From contig CAVYLP010000005.1 in the NCBI GenBank assembly GCA_963769425.1, forward strand, positions 1-64,000: DNA of 64,000 nt, in the 5' to 3' direction. Position numbers and translations under genes: made by a program. The DNA comes from Candidatus Bathyarchaeota archaeon. Its GTDB lineage: Archaea > Thermoproteota > Bathyarchaeia > TCS64. Under the pieces are notes generated by a model. The model was not told the DNA's origin. It was given only the letters and a program-made list of their open reading frames with translations, and ran no database searches. This document shows, piece after piece, positions 28,897 to 38,344 of the stretch (its first letter is position 1; each line of letters starts with the position of its first letter).

Positions 28897-29325
28897 TTAG
28901 ACGACGAGCGCCTTAACCTTCTTACCCGCAGAGACCCTGTCCGCGACGGAGCCCGCGCGCTTCACACCGGCGCCGACGACTATGAGATCGTAGCCCTCGG
29001 CCTCCGCGATCCTCATGATGGCCTTCGCCTCGTCGTTTCCCTCGTCAGTGCGGAAATCATAGTCTACGCCGGCCTTCATGAGCTTCGCCTCGACGTCTCG
29101 GAAGACCCTATTGCCCACGTCCGCCTCCGAGTTCTCCGTCATCTCAATCATCTTGTCCGACTTCGCTATCGTCGGGTCGTAGTAGATGTAGAGGACCGTC
29201 ATCGCCGCATTCGACGACTTCGCTATCTCGGTCGCCCTGTCTAGGGCCGCGTTCGAGGACATCGAGCCGTCCCAACCGACCAGGATCTTACCACCGGCCT
29301 TCACCGTATCCGCTTTTTTCTCCAT
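28897..29325 (-). CDS. Universal stress protein
   Basis: KILVG.DGS, DLIVVG and GSVA motifs. Confidence 0.88.
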   Translation of the reverse strand: MEKKADTVKAGGKILVGWDGSMSSNAALDRATEIAKSSNAAMTVLYIYYDPTIAKSDKMIEMTENSEADVGNRVFRDVEAKLMKAGVDYDFRTDEGNDEAKAIMRIAEAEGYDLIVVGAGVKRAGSVADRVSAGKKVKALVV

Positions 29326-29395
29326 GTTTTCACGCTGTGGAGGCGTGGGAATCCCCGATGAATATATGTTTCATTTTAGCTAAAATCAACTAGGG

Positions 29396-30640
29396 CTACT
29401 CGGTCGTCTTCAGCTTTAACGTCTCCGGGATGGATGTGAGGATGACGCCACTGATGGCTGTAGAGGCGATGAGGAAGATAAGAACTGACGTGGGCTGGAT
29501 CGAGTTCCAAAGAACCCCCGCGGATATGGGGACAATTATGCCCACGACACCGCCAAATAAGCCGAGGAGCCCGCTCCAGCTCCCCAGGAGCGAGATGGGG
29601 ACGAGCTCAGCCCTCATCGCGTTCCCCGTGACCATGCCGAGCATGTAGAAGCCCTGGAAGACACCGGAGACGATTATCATGAGGGAGTTACCGACGGGGG
29701 CGAGCGCCAGGATCACGAGTGAGGCGCAGTAAAGGGGCATGCAGAGGTAGACGACCCTCTTCCGCCCGAAGACATCTGCAAGCCTCCCCGAAGGCACGGA
29801 CAGAATCAGGGGCACGAGGAGTGAAGCCGTCGCCATCCCACCCAGCGTGAACGCGTCCACCCCCTTCACCTGCGACGCGTAGAGGGGGATGTATATGGCG
29901 TTTAGGTAGAATGGAACCGTCATCACACTCTGGTAGAGGAGAAACCGCTTCACAGCCACGCCCTTCGCCACGACCTCCCGAATGCCCCCCGCGAGGCTCC
30001 TGCGAGGCTGAGCACCCAACCTGCTCTTGGGGTTCGAGAACCACCGCAAGACTATCACTAACTCTATTGCGAGGACGACTAGCTGGATGTAGAAGAGTGG
30101 GCGTATCCCCTCCGCGTTCATCCCCCCTGAGACCGCGATGACCGCCGCGCCGACTATAGGGGCGATGATACCCGAGATCGCGGCGAGGCTGTCGCAGAAC
30201 TGCATCCCAACTGCCCTGTCCTCGTTTACGAGGGCACTCCCACAGACGACTGGGCAACTCGTCTGATTGACCCTCGCGGCGAGTGTGAAGATGAACATCG
30301 CGGGAATTGTGAGGAGCCAGTTGTTTGCGAGGCCGTATATGAGGGAGCCGATCGCCATGAAAATAATCCCGAAAGAAAACGTCTTCTTCAACCCGTACCT
30401 GTCGATGGCCCACCCCGCGGGTAGGGAGGTGAGGGTTGTGCCCACCCCAGCGATGCTGTTTACGAGGCCCACCTGCACGGAATTTGCGCCGAGCGCTATT
30501 AGGTAGATGGACTGGTACTGCTGGACGAGCATGTTGGCGAAGTTCTCGACGCTCCGCCTAACCATGTTCACATTGTAGGCAGCCTCCTGCCTCTTCAGGA
30601 AGCCGACAGCCCTGGAGACTAGACTCTCTGAACTGCTCAT
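29396..30640 (-). CDS. MFS transporter
   Basis: GWAIDRYGLK and GRLADVFGRK motif A copies. Confidence 0.9.
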   Translation of the reverse strand: MSSSESLVSRAVGFLKRQEAAYNVNMVRRSVENFANMLVQQYQSIYLIALGANSVQVGLVNSIAGVGTTLTSLPAGWAIDRYGLKKTFSFGIIFMAIGSLIYGLANNWLLTIPAMFIFTLAARVNQTSCPVVCGSALVNEDRAVGMQFCDSLAAISGIIAPIVGAAVIAVSGGMNAEGIRPLFYIQLVVLAIELVIVLRWFSNPKSRLGAQPRRSLAGGIREVVAKGVAVKRFLLYQSVMTVPFYLNAIYIPLYASQVKGVDAFTLGGMATASLLVPLILSVPSGRLADVFGRKRVVYLCMPLYCASLVILALAPVGNSLMIIVSGVFQGFYMLGMVTGNAMRAELVPISLLGSWSGLLGLFGGVVGIIVPISAGVLWNSIQPTSVLIFLIASTAISGVILTSIPETLKLKTTE

Positions 30641-30996
30641 TTTTTAGACCTTAGGTACCCTTCGGGGTGCGATAAAGGGAAGAACGTCTCCCTTGGAATA
30701 TAATGTTCGCGCTAATGACCCGTGTTTAAACCTCGTATCATACTGAGAACCTTGAGATCAAGCCACACATAGATGATCATATAGTCAAAATCTAGGGTCT
30801 CTCATTTCGGATCTTCACCCACTGGCAAAGACTGTATTTAAACACATATTCTTCTTAACTAAAATTAAAATGTAGTAATTATTATCTGGTATTTCCTGTT
30901 ATAGATTGATAACTTACAAGATAACGATTATTTATCAAGTGAGTAGAGTCGCTACCATAATATATAATGTTAATATAGAGACGTTCCGCACTGGAT

Positions 30997-31326
30997 TTGA
31001 TGGTCCCAAGTTGCCACAATGAGCTATGCCTCTTCCAGCACGAGGTTGGGTGCATGGAATGTAAAGCGTGTGCTTACTGTGGCGAATCCATCGGAGACGC
31101 CGGCACCAAGCCCCGGTGGATGGATGTGTCCCTTCACTCGTTACTCGACGCCTGTAATACGACGGTGCCGACATGTAACAACTGCCGGGCGTCAAAAGGG
31201 TCTCTGAGGCTGAAGGACTGGCTCATCAAGGTGAAGCGAACGGACCCGGAGCGCTACGATGTTATTGTCAGGTACCATAAACCTTTACACAATACAATCA
31301 GCCTCGTCTTGAAACGGATGAGCTAA
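30997..31326 (+). CDS. Cys-rich HNH-like zinc-binding protein
   Basis: CAYCG...VPTCNNCRASKG...L.DW, the HNH scaffold without the DH dyad. Confidence 0.55.
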   Translation: MMVPSCHNELCLFQHEVGCMECKACAYCGESIGDAGTKPRWMDVSLHSLLDACNTTVPTCNNCRASKGSLRLKDWLIKVKRTDPERYDVIVRYHKPLHNTISLVLKRMS

Positions 31327-31389
31327 ACCCGGGGCCGAATCTGCAACCCTGGGCTAAAGGAATAATAAAAAGGCTATTCTTATTCGGTT

Positions 31390-32460
31390 GTGGACAAGCA
31401 CGCGATCATTTACCACGAGGGTATAGCGGAGTACGACTTCGGCGAAGAGTACTCCCTCAGAGGGGACCGTTTCCCACGCTACATACATCTCCTCGAATCC
31501 GAGGGGGTGATGGATACGCTTGGGGTTGAGCTTCTCGTCCCTGAGCCAGCGGATGATGACGACCTCCGCCTCGTCCACACTTCCGAGTATATTAAAAGGG
31601 TTAACGAGGTCGCCGAGGCTCGCGGCTATCTGTCGGACGATACACCGATTACGCCATCGATAGTTAGGGCGGTTAGGCTGATTGTAGGTGCCGCCCTGAT
31701 GGCGGGTGACGCAGTTGCGAATAAGGGATACGCGATGGCGCAGGGGGTGGGTGGGGGGCTACACCATGCTGGGAAGGACTACGGGGAGGCGTGGTGCGTC
31801 TTCAACGACGTTGCCATCTGCGCCCGAGCGATGACGGAGCGTCACGGGTTGAGGCGGGTCCTGATATTCGACACCGACGCCCACGCCGGTAACGGTACGA
31901 TGGATATCTTCTACAATGACCCCCAGGTTCTCTATCTAACGGTTCACCAGGACCCCATGACCCTCTACCCGAACACAGGTTTCCCCGAGCAGATCGGGGA
32001 AGGGGAAGGGACAGGCTACACGATAAACGTACCCCTACCAAAGAGAGCCGACGACGCCTGCATGACGCTCGTACTCGAACGCGTCTTCAAGCCCATTGTT
32101 CGACAGTTCAAGCCACAAGTCATAATCAGAAACGGTGGCGCTGATCCACACTACCAAGACGAGTTGGCGGAACTAGGTTTGAGCTACGATGGTCTCTGGT
32201 CCATAGGTAGGGCAGTCGCTGAAGCCGCTAAGGAGACGAATTGTGGCTTCGTGGACCTTCTCTGTGGTGGTTACAACCCGGGTCGCGAGGAGAAGGGACT
32301 ATACGCCCTATTCTCAGGAGAGTATGGGCTACCACAAACGCAGAAGGAGGATGTGCCCCCTCCGAGCCACGATCCATTGGTCCTCCCAAAAACGGAGACT
32401 ATAATCAACCGGCTGAGCGATCTGCTCGCCGATTACTGGGAAATCGAGAAAACTGTGTAG
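31390..32460 (+). CDS. Histone deacetylase family protein (AcuC-like)
   Basis: GGGLHHA, CVFND, DTDAHAGNG, GADPH and GGY motifs. Confidence 0.92.
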   Translation: MDKHAIIYHEGIAEYDFGEEYSLRGDRFPRYIHLLESEGVMDTLGVELLVPEPADDDDLRLVHTSEYIKRVNEVAEARGYLSDDTPITPSIVRAVRLIVGAALMAGDAVANKGYAMAQGVGGGLHHAGKDYGEAWCVFNDVAICARAMTERHGLRRVLIFDTDAHAGNGTMDIFYNDPQVLYLTVHQDPMTLYPNTGFPEQIGEGEGTGYTINVPLPKRADDACMTLVLERVFKPIVRQFKPQVIIRNGGADPHYQDELAELGLSYDGLWSIGRAVAEAAKETNCGFVDLLCGGYNPGREEKGLYALFSGEYGLPQTQKEDVPPPSHDPLVLPKTETIINRLSDLLADYWEIEKTV

Positions 32461-32475
32461 GATGATTACATAAAC

Positions 32476-32961
32476 ATGACCGATCCGAATCGTAACCTGA
32501 GTGAGGAGCTTCGTGAGTTCTGGGGCACCAGTCCCGAGTCAAAGATAATCATAGTCGGTATCGGTAGAACGATCCGTGGAGATGAGTCTACGGGCCTCCT
32601 AATCGCCGAGGAGTTGGCGAAAACGAGTCACCGTAACACCTTGGTAATTAAGGCAGAGGATCGACCCGAGAACTACACCGAGCAGATACGCCACTTCAAC
32701 CCAACCCACATACTCTACTTACTCACAACCCGATCAGGGAGAACCCCCGGCGAGACCCATCTAATCACCTTAGAGGAACACAGCAGAACCAGCCTACACG
32801 AGTCCCCGTTGACGACTCTTGACCATTACCTATCTGCTATACTGAGCGTCGAGACCCGGTTGCTAATCGTTGAGCCCTGGACCGAGATGGGTGAACCATC
32901 CAGACTTCTAAAGGAAGCAGCTAGAAGGATAGCCGCGGAGATCAACAAATCACTCCAATAG
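32476..32961 (+). CDS. Degenerate HycI-like hydrogenase maturation protease homolog
   Basis: VGIG..IRGDE, RPENY, FNPTH and SLH; lacks the usual DA motif. Confidence 0.65.
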   Translation: MTDPNRNLSEELREFWGTSPESKIIIVGIGRTIRGDESTGLLIAEELAKTSHRNTLVIKAEDRPENYTEQIRHFNPTHILYLLTTRSGRTPGETHLITLEEHSRTSLHESPLTTLDHYLSAILSVETRLLIVEPWTEMGEPSRLLKEAARRIAAEINKSLQ

Positions 32962-33017
32962 TCCGATACTAGATAGCATGTGATCTGTTTATACTGAAAC
33001 TTATCTAACCTCAAAAC

Positions 33018-33929
33018 ATGCCAATTATCAGCGTCGATGGCGTTAGCTTATACTACGAAGAGAAGGGTGCGGGTGAGCCAGTCGTCTTCAGCCACGGAAT
33101 ACCCACGGACTACCGCGCGTGGGAGAACCAGATGGACGACTTCTCAAAGAAATACCGAGCCATCACCTACAGCAGGCGCTACGCCTTCCCAAATAAGCGC
33201 GAAGGGGACCTATTGGACAGCACAATAGAGAACAACGCCTCTGATCTGAAGGGTCTGATAGACGTACTCGGCATAGCCCCTGTTCACCTCATTGGGCACA
33301 GCTACGGAGGTTTCATTGCCGCTTACCTAGCGGCGAAGTACCCCGGTTACATCCGCTCACTCGTACTCGTCGAACCTGCCATCACAACCATCCTCATCGA
33401 GGACGAAAATAGCACATCCCAGATGCTATCCCTACTGCTAAACCACCCGTCTGTAGCCCTCGCAGCTCGTAGATTCCAGTCGAAATCACTCAAGCCCGCC
33501 ATCGCGGCGCTAGACGCGGGGCAACTGGAGGTAGCCGCGGAGCTAAATGTGGAGGGCATCCAGGGAATACAAGGCGCCTTTTTGGCACTCCCCGAACCCG
33601 CCAAAAAGATGATGATCGATAACGCCCAAACAATAGGGGAGCTTCGAACGAAGTTGCCCCCGTTCAAAGACCAATTGGGCAAGATAACTTGTAGAACCCT
33701 CATCATCAACGGCGAGAATAGCCCAGCCTGGTCCCACAGAATCGGAGACATACTCGCAAAGTCACTGAAGAGTGTCGAAGCGAAGAGGATTCGGGGTGCG
33801 AGGCACTTCCCACACATGGAAAAGCCGAGGGATTTCAACGAGACAGTCCTCGCTTTCATAGCCAGGGGAGAGGCCACCGCAACCACCCCTCGCGATGGTA
33901 CAAAACAATTTATCAGCCAGCCACAGTAA
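33018..33929 (+). CDS. Alpha/beta hydrolase
   Basis: HG, GHSYGG nucleophile elbow and ARHFP. Confidence 0.9.
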   Translation: MPIISVDGVSLYYEEKGAGEPVVFSHGIPTDYRAWENQMDDFSKKYRAITYSRRYAFPNKREGDLLDSTIENNASDLKGLIDVLGIAPVHLIGHSYGGFIAAYLAAKYPGYIRSLVLVEPAITTILIEDENSTSQMLSLLLNHPSVALAARRFQSKSLKPAIAALDAGQLEVAAELNVEGIQGIQGAFLALPEPAKKMMIDNAQTIGELRTKLPPFKDQLGKITCRTLIINGENSPAWSHRIGDILAKSLKSVEAKRIRGARHFPHMEKPRDFNETVLAFIARGEATATTPRDGTKQFISQPQ

Positions 33930-33936
33930 GCAACCC

Positions 33937-35301
33937 ATGAAACTCGTCGTCGTCGGGATGGGCTACGTCGGGACACCAGTGGCCGCACTCTTCGCCGATG
34001 TCCCAGGGTTTAAAGTCACAGGGATGCAGCGTCGCTCCATCAGATCAGCGTGGAAGATCGACGCCCTCAACCAGGGTAAGTCGGTGATAGAGGCAGAGGA
34101 GCCGGGACTACCCGAGCTCATCAAGCGTGTCCACGACAAGGGCACCTTCCATGTCACAGACGACGTGGTTGAGTACCGCGACGCAGACGCCATAATCATC
34201 GCCGTCCAGACCCCCGTCGACAAGAACCATGTCCCCCAGTACGAATCACTAAGGCAGGTCCTCGCCGACGTAGGTAACAATATGCGGAAAGGGGCGCTCA
34301 TCTGCCTAGAGTCCACTGTCGCCCCCGGAACGACGAACCACCTCGCAAAGCCCATCCTCGAGAAGCAAAGCGGCATGAAGGCAGGCAAGGACTTCGGCCT
34401 CCTGTTTAGCTATGAACGCGTCATGGTCGGGAGGCTGATCCACAACCTCACGATGTACGACCGAATTGTGGGCGGCGTAGACGCTGAGTCCACGCAGCGC
34501 GGCATCGAACTCTACAAAAACATAGTCAAGGCGAAGCTCCACCCTACTGATGCCCTCACAGCCGAGGTAGCGAAGGTCACGGAGAACGCTTACCGCGACG
34601 TGAACATAGCTTTCGCAAACGAGGTCGCCCTCATATGCGAGAGCCTCGGGGTCAACGTCCACGATGTCCGCGGCTTCGTAAACAGCCTCCCCAACGACAA
34701 CAGCAATCCATCCGCGAACCCCTATCGCAACATGCACGTACCCGGCGCCGGGGTCGGAGGCCACTGCCTCCCCAAGGACAGCTGGCTCCTAAAGTACGGC
34801 CTCGACACATACGGCTCCTTCAAGTTCGACCCCGAGATAATCACGGGGAGCAGGTACCTCAACGACTCGATGCCCCAACACATGAAGCGCCTAACAGAGG
34901 AGGCGCTTGCCGAGAAGGGCCTGAAGCTGAAGGACGCGAAGATTACGATCCTCGGCGTCGCCTTCCTCGAGAACAGCGACGACACCCGTAACACCCCCGC
35001 GGAGCCCCTCTACAAGGCGCTCGTGGGCAACTGCTCAGAGGTTATAGCTCACGACCCCTATGTGAAGGAGTTTGAGGAAATGTGCATCACGAATAACCTC
35101 AAAAAAGCAATCGAGGGAAGTGATTGCTTGATAGTTGTCACTCGCCACAAGGAGTATCAAGTACTGAAGCCGAGCGCCCTCAAGGCCAAGATGAGGACCC
35201 CTGTCATTGTCGACGGGAGAAACGTCTTCAGCCAAGACGAATGCCTGTTGAAGGGATTCGCCTTTAGGGGCGTAGGTCTGCCCATAAAGAAGAGCAGTTA
35301 A
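33937..35301 (+). CDS. Nucleotide-sugar dehydrogenase (UDP-HexNAc dehydrogenase family)
   Basis: VGMGYVG, ESTVAPGTT, KVTENAYRDVNIAFANE and GGHCLPKD motifs. Confidence 0.92.
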   Translation: MKLVVVGMGYVGTPVAALFADVPGFKVTGMQRRSIRSAWKIDALNQGKSVIEAEEPGLPELIKRVHDKGTFHVTDDVVEYRDADAIIIAVQTPVDKNHVPQYESLRQVLADVGNNMRKGALICLESTVAPGTTNHLAKPILEKQSGMKAGKDFGLLFSYERVMVGRLIHNLTMYDRIVGGVDAESTQRGIELYKNIVKAKLHPTDALTAEVAKVTENAYRDVNIAFANEVALICESLGVNVHDVRGFVNSLPNDNSNPSANPYRNMHVPGAGVGGHCLPKDSWLLKYGLDTYGSFKFDPEIITGSRYLNDSMPQHMKRLTEEALAEKGLKLKDAKITILGVAFLENSDDTRNTPAEPLYKALVGNCSEVIAHDPYVKEFEEMCITNNLKKAIEGSDCLIVVTRHKEYQVLKPSALKAKMRTPVIVDGRNVFSQDECLLKGFAFRGVGLPIKKSS

Positions 35302-35302
35302 G

Positions 35303-36646
35303 TTAACCAGTCCTCACGCCGAGGGTCACGGATACGGCCATTTCGGTGCCGCCCCTGATTATCGTCAGGGCGATCGTGTCACCGGGCCTCTTGTTCCTCT
35401 GCATGTAGAGGATGAGGTCGTAGATGCCCTTCATGGCCTGACCGTCTGCCTTCGTTATTACGTCCCCGCCGACAGGGGTGTAGGCGCCGTCGACTATTTG
35501 GTAGCTTGTCCCACCTCTTAGGCCGGCGGTCACCGCCGGGCCTGAGACCGTCGTCAGAAGCACGCCGTGAGTCCCCGCCGGAAGATTCATGGTGGTGACG
35601 ATCCCGGGCGTAACGTCGGTGCCCTGGATGCCTATGTAGACCTGGTCGTACTTGCCCGTGGAGATGAGGCTCGCTATCTCTCTAGAGATCGTGTTGCTCG
35701 GGACTGCGAACCCTATGCCCGATGATGTCTGCGAGGGGATGGCGGTGTTGATCCCCACAACCTCCCCGCTAAGGTTGAGGAGGGGCCCCCCGCTGTTCCC
35801 GGGGTTGATGGCCGCGTCCGTCTGGATCACGTCCACTATCGGGTAGCCACTAGCGGAGTCCATCTCACGCCCCGTCGCGCTGATGATCCCCGTCGTCAGC
35901 GTGTCAGCCAACCCGTACGGGTTCCCGATAGCAAGCACCTCCTGCCCTACCTTCAGCGCGGAGGAGTCGCCCAGCCTCAGCGGCTTTAGAAGTGCCGCGG
36001 GGGCTGAGACCTGGATCACCGCGATGTCAGAGTAGGGGTCGGCGCCCACAACCGTCGCGGGTACTATGGTCCCATTGATGAAGGTGACAGTGATGCTGTT
36101 TGCTCCGTCTATAACGTGGTTGTTCGTCACGATCCTCCCCTGAGTGTCGTAGATGAAGCCGCTGCCCGTAGCCGTCCCGAGGGGGAGCGTCGACTTAATC
36201 AGAACCACGCTGTCCTTTACACTGTCGTAGAGTGTCGAGACATCTGTTGTGCCCCCACCCGTCGACCCGCCAGACCCCTGAGATAGGGCGCTTACTGCCT
36301 GGCTAAGCTGGGCTATCTGAGAGTTGGAGCTGAAGAGACTCGTGCTAAGACCCTGAACCGATGATGTCAGCGAAGAGACTTGGCTTGTAAGGTCGCCTAT
36401 TCGGCGGCTGCTGTCGAAGTAGATGTATCCCGAAAATCCCACGGTCAGGATGAGGAGAATAATTATGCCGCCGAGTAAAGCGTTGCTACCACCCCTTCTG
36501 GGTGGCTTCTGCTCGACCTTTAATTCGGGTGAGGGGGCTGACTCCGGCTTAGGTTCGGTCTGCGGCGCCTCGGGCGTCCTAGGTTCAGTTGGTTGTTCCG
36601 GTTGCGTCCCCGTCTGTGGTTCTTCACGATTATCCTCAGTCATCAA
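35303..36646 (-). CDS. Membrane-anchored HtrA/DegP-type protease with PDZ domain (paralog of 12115)
   Basis: TNNHV, SDIA, NPGNSGGPL and a PDZ domain. Confidence 0.92.
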   Translation of the reverse strand: MMTEDNREEPQTGTQPEQPTEPRTPEAPQTEPKPESAPSPELKVEQKPPRRGGSNALLGGIIILLILTVGFSGYIYFDSSRRIGDLTSQVSSLTSSVQGLSTSLFSSNSQIAQLSQAVSALSQGSGGSTGGGTTDVSTLYDSVKDSVVLIKSTLPLGTATGSGFIYDTQGRIVTNNHVIDGANSITVTFINGTIVPATVVGADPYSDIAVIQVSAPAALLKPLRLGDSSALKVGQEVLAIGNPYGLADTLTTGIISATGREMDSASGYPIVDVIQTDAAINPGNSGGPLLNLSGEVVGINTAIPSQTSSGIGFAVPSNTISREIASLISTGKYDQVYIGIQGTDVTPGIVTTMNLPAGTHGVLLTTVSGPAVTAGLRGGTSYQIVDGAYTPVGGDVITKADGQAMKGIYDLILYMQRNKRPGDTIALTIIRGGTEMAVSVTLGVRTG

Positions 36647-36799
36647 ACTTCACCATGTTCAGACTTATCAGATCATGATGAGTGTAGCTATTCATAAACG
36701 ATTTTTCAGGATTATACCATAATTTCCTCAGATTCCTGCACATACACCATTTAAAGGGGGGTTCAATAAACTGTACTTTAACCCGACGGGGATTAGCCG

Positions 36800-37123
36800 A
36801 TGGCCCTCTCAAGACGATCCTTCAAGCAGCTCCTACTCTGGCTGATCGAGGGGTCCCGTGGGGGGGTCAACAGGGGGAAGATAATCGAGGCCGTGAAGGA
36901 GGGGCCACTCAACGCCAACCAGCTCTGCAACCTCCTAGGCGTAGATTACCGGACCATCCGCCATCACCTGGACGTGCTGGAGAAGAACCACCTCATAGTC
37001 GCTGTGGGGGAGCACTACGGCAAGGTCTACTTCCTCAGCCAGGACCTCGAGATGAACTACGAAGATTTTGAAGAGATTTGGGATAAAATTGCGAAAAGGT
37101 TGAAAAACGATGGAAGAAAATGA
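36800..37123 (+). CDS. ArsR-like winged-helix transcription regulator
   Basis: LLWLI.GSRGG.NR, NANQL and DYRTIRHHLDVL. Confidence 0.85.
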   Translation: MALSRRSFKQLLLWLIEGSRGGVNRGKIIEAVKEGPLNANQLCNLLGVDYRTIRHHLDVLEKNHLIVAVGEHYGKVYFLSQDLEMNYEDFEEIWDKIAKRLKNDGRK

Positions 37124-37583
37124 GAAGAAGATGCAGAAGACGCCATGGGCATCGATAGTGATAGTCGGCCTACTAGTCGTGATCATAGTGGTGCTCATCG
37201 GCCCCCTGAACACGCTCAACTCCATCTTCAGTAACCCGGGCCGCCCCTTCCTCGAGCGCCTCACCCCCCAGCAACTCGAGGAGATCAGCAACCTCCTCGT
37301 CTTCTACATAAAGGGGCGCACAGTGCTCGCCCTCATCAACACGGGGCTCCTACTATACCTCATCGCCCTCTACGTCGGCATCTACCGGGAAACGAAGTCC
37401 AACTTCAGCCTCTGCCTCGTCCTCTTCTCCGCGACGCTGCTCCTCTACTCCGTGACGAGCAACCCCATACTGATATGGCTCAACGGGTTCCAGGAGGCAA
37501 ACATACTCAGCATATTCAACTTCCTCCCAGACATATTTACGACGCTCGCCTCCGCCATACTGATCTACCTCAGCAGGCAGTGA
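37110..37583 (+). CDS. Membrane protein co-transcribed with the wHTH regulator
   Basis: About 4 TM segments; IN..LL..L...Y..IY..TKS.F pattern. Confidence 0.75.
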   Translation: MEENEKKMQKTPWASIVIVGLLVVIIVVLIGPLNTLNSIFSNPGRPFLERLTPQQLEEISNLLVFYIKGRTVLALINTGLLLYLIALYVGIYRETKSNFSLCLVLFSATLLLYSVTSNPILIWLNGFQEANILSIFNFLPDIFTTLASAILIYLSRQ

Positions 37584-38260
37584 GGCATCAAACCGGCCTT
37601 TAATCGACTCGGGAGCCTCTCATAGACCGATTCGATGAGCTTCGGGTACGAGCAGATCAGGAGGGCGCATCCGGCGCCCAACAGGGCCCCGCCGGCGACG
37701 TCAGTAGGGAAGTGTACACCGACGTAGATTCTGGAGAACGCTACGAGAGAGGCCTCGGCGGTCAGGACGACGGCATAACCCCTTCTAAGGTAGAGCCAAG
37801 CGACCACGATCCCTCCAGAAACGATGAGAGTATGACCAGAGGGGAAGGCGTAGTCGGACTCCCTCGCGATCAACAGACGGACGCCGTCGAGGACATCGTA
37901 GGGCCGGGCCCTCATGTCAATCGCCTTCATACCGTAGCCTACACCCGTAAGGATCAGAAACGTGAGGCCGAGGGTTATGGCCGCCTTCTTCTCCCTCTCC
38001 CCCCCGAGAAAGAAGAGCACAGTCATTGCTCCACCCCACACGAGTTCCCTACCATAAAGACTGAAAAGAACCATCACGGAGTCTAGCAGCGGCGAGGGGG
38101 ACCAAGAGTTCACGGCTCTGAATAACCCAACATCGAACCCCTGCGTGAACCCGCTGTTGACGGAGATATTTAGGGCCACGAATAAGGCGATTAAAGTTAT
38201 CCCTACTAGGTGTAGCCTCCTGATGCGGATCCCCTCTCCCCCCTCCATGACTCGAGCCAT
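37565..38260 (-). CDS. PAP2-family phosphatase
   Basis: K.....RP, FPSGH and SRIYVGVHFPTDV motifs. Confidence 0.92.
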   Translation of the reverse strand: MARVMEGGEGIRIRRLHLVGITLIALFVALNISVNSGFTQGFDVGLFRAVNSWSPSPLLDSVMVLFSLYGRELVWGGAMTVLFFLGGEREKKAAITLGLTFLILTGVGYGMKAIDMRARPYDVLDGVRLLIARESDYAFPSGHTLIVSGGIVVAWLYLRRGYAVVLTAEASLVAFSRIYVGVHFPTDVAGGALLGAGCALLICSYPKLIESVYERLPSRLKAGLMPHCLLR

Positions 38261-38344
38261 ACAGATGGACTAGACCTATGAGCGAAGTAAAAAAACGATC
38301 TACCTCTCCGAACACTCATATCCAGTGAATCCCGTTGTCTACCC

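Noticed and set aside
30655-30705. Two small hairpins (one cUUCGg) upstream of the MFS gene as a riboswitch
   Set aside because: They are too short, match no aptamer I recognise, and the UUCG loop is on the non-coding strand.
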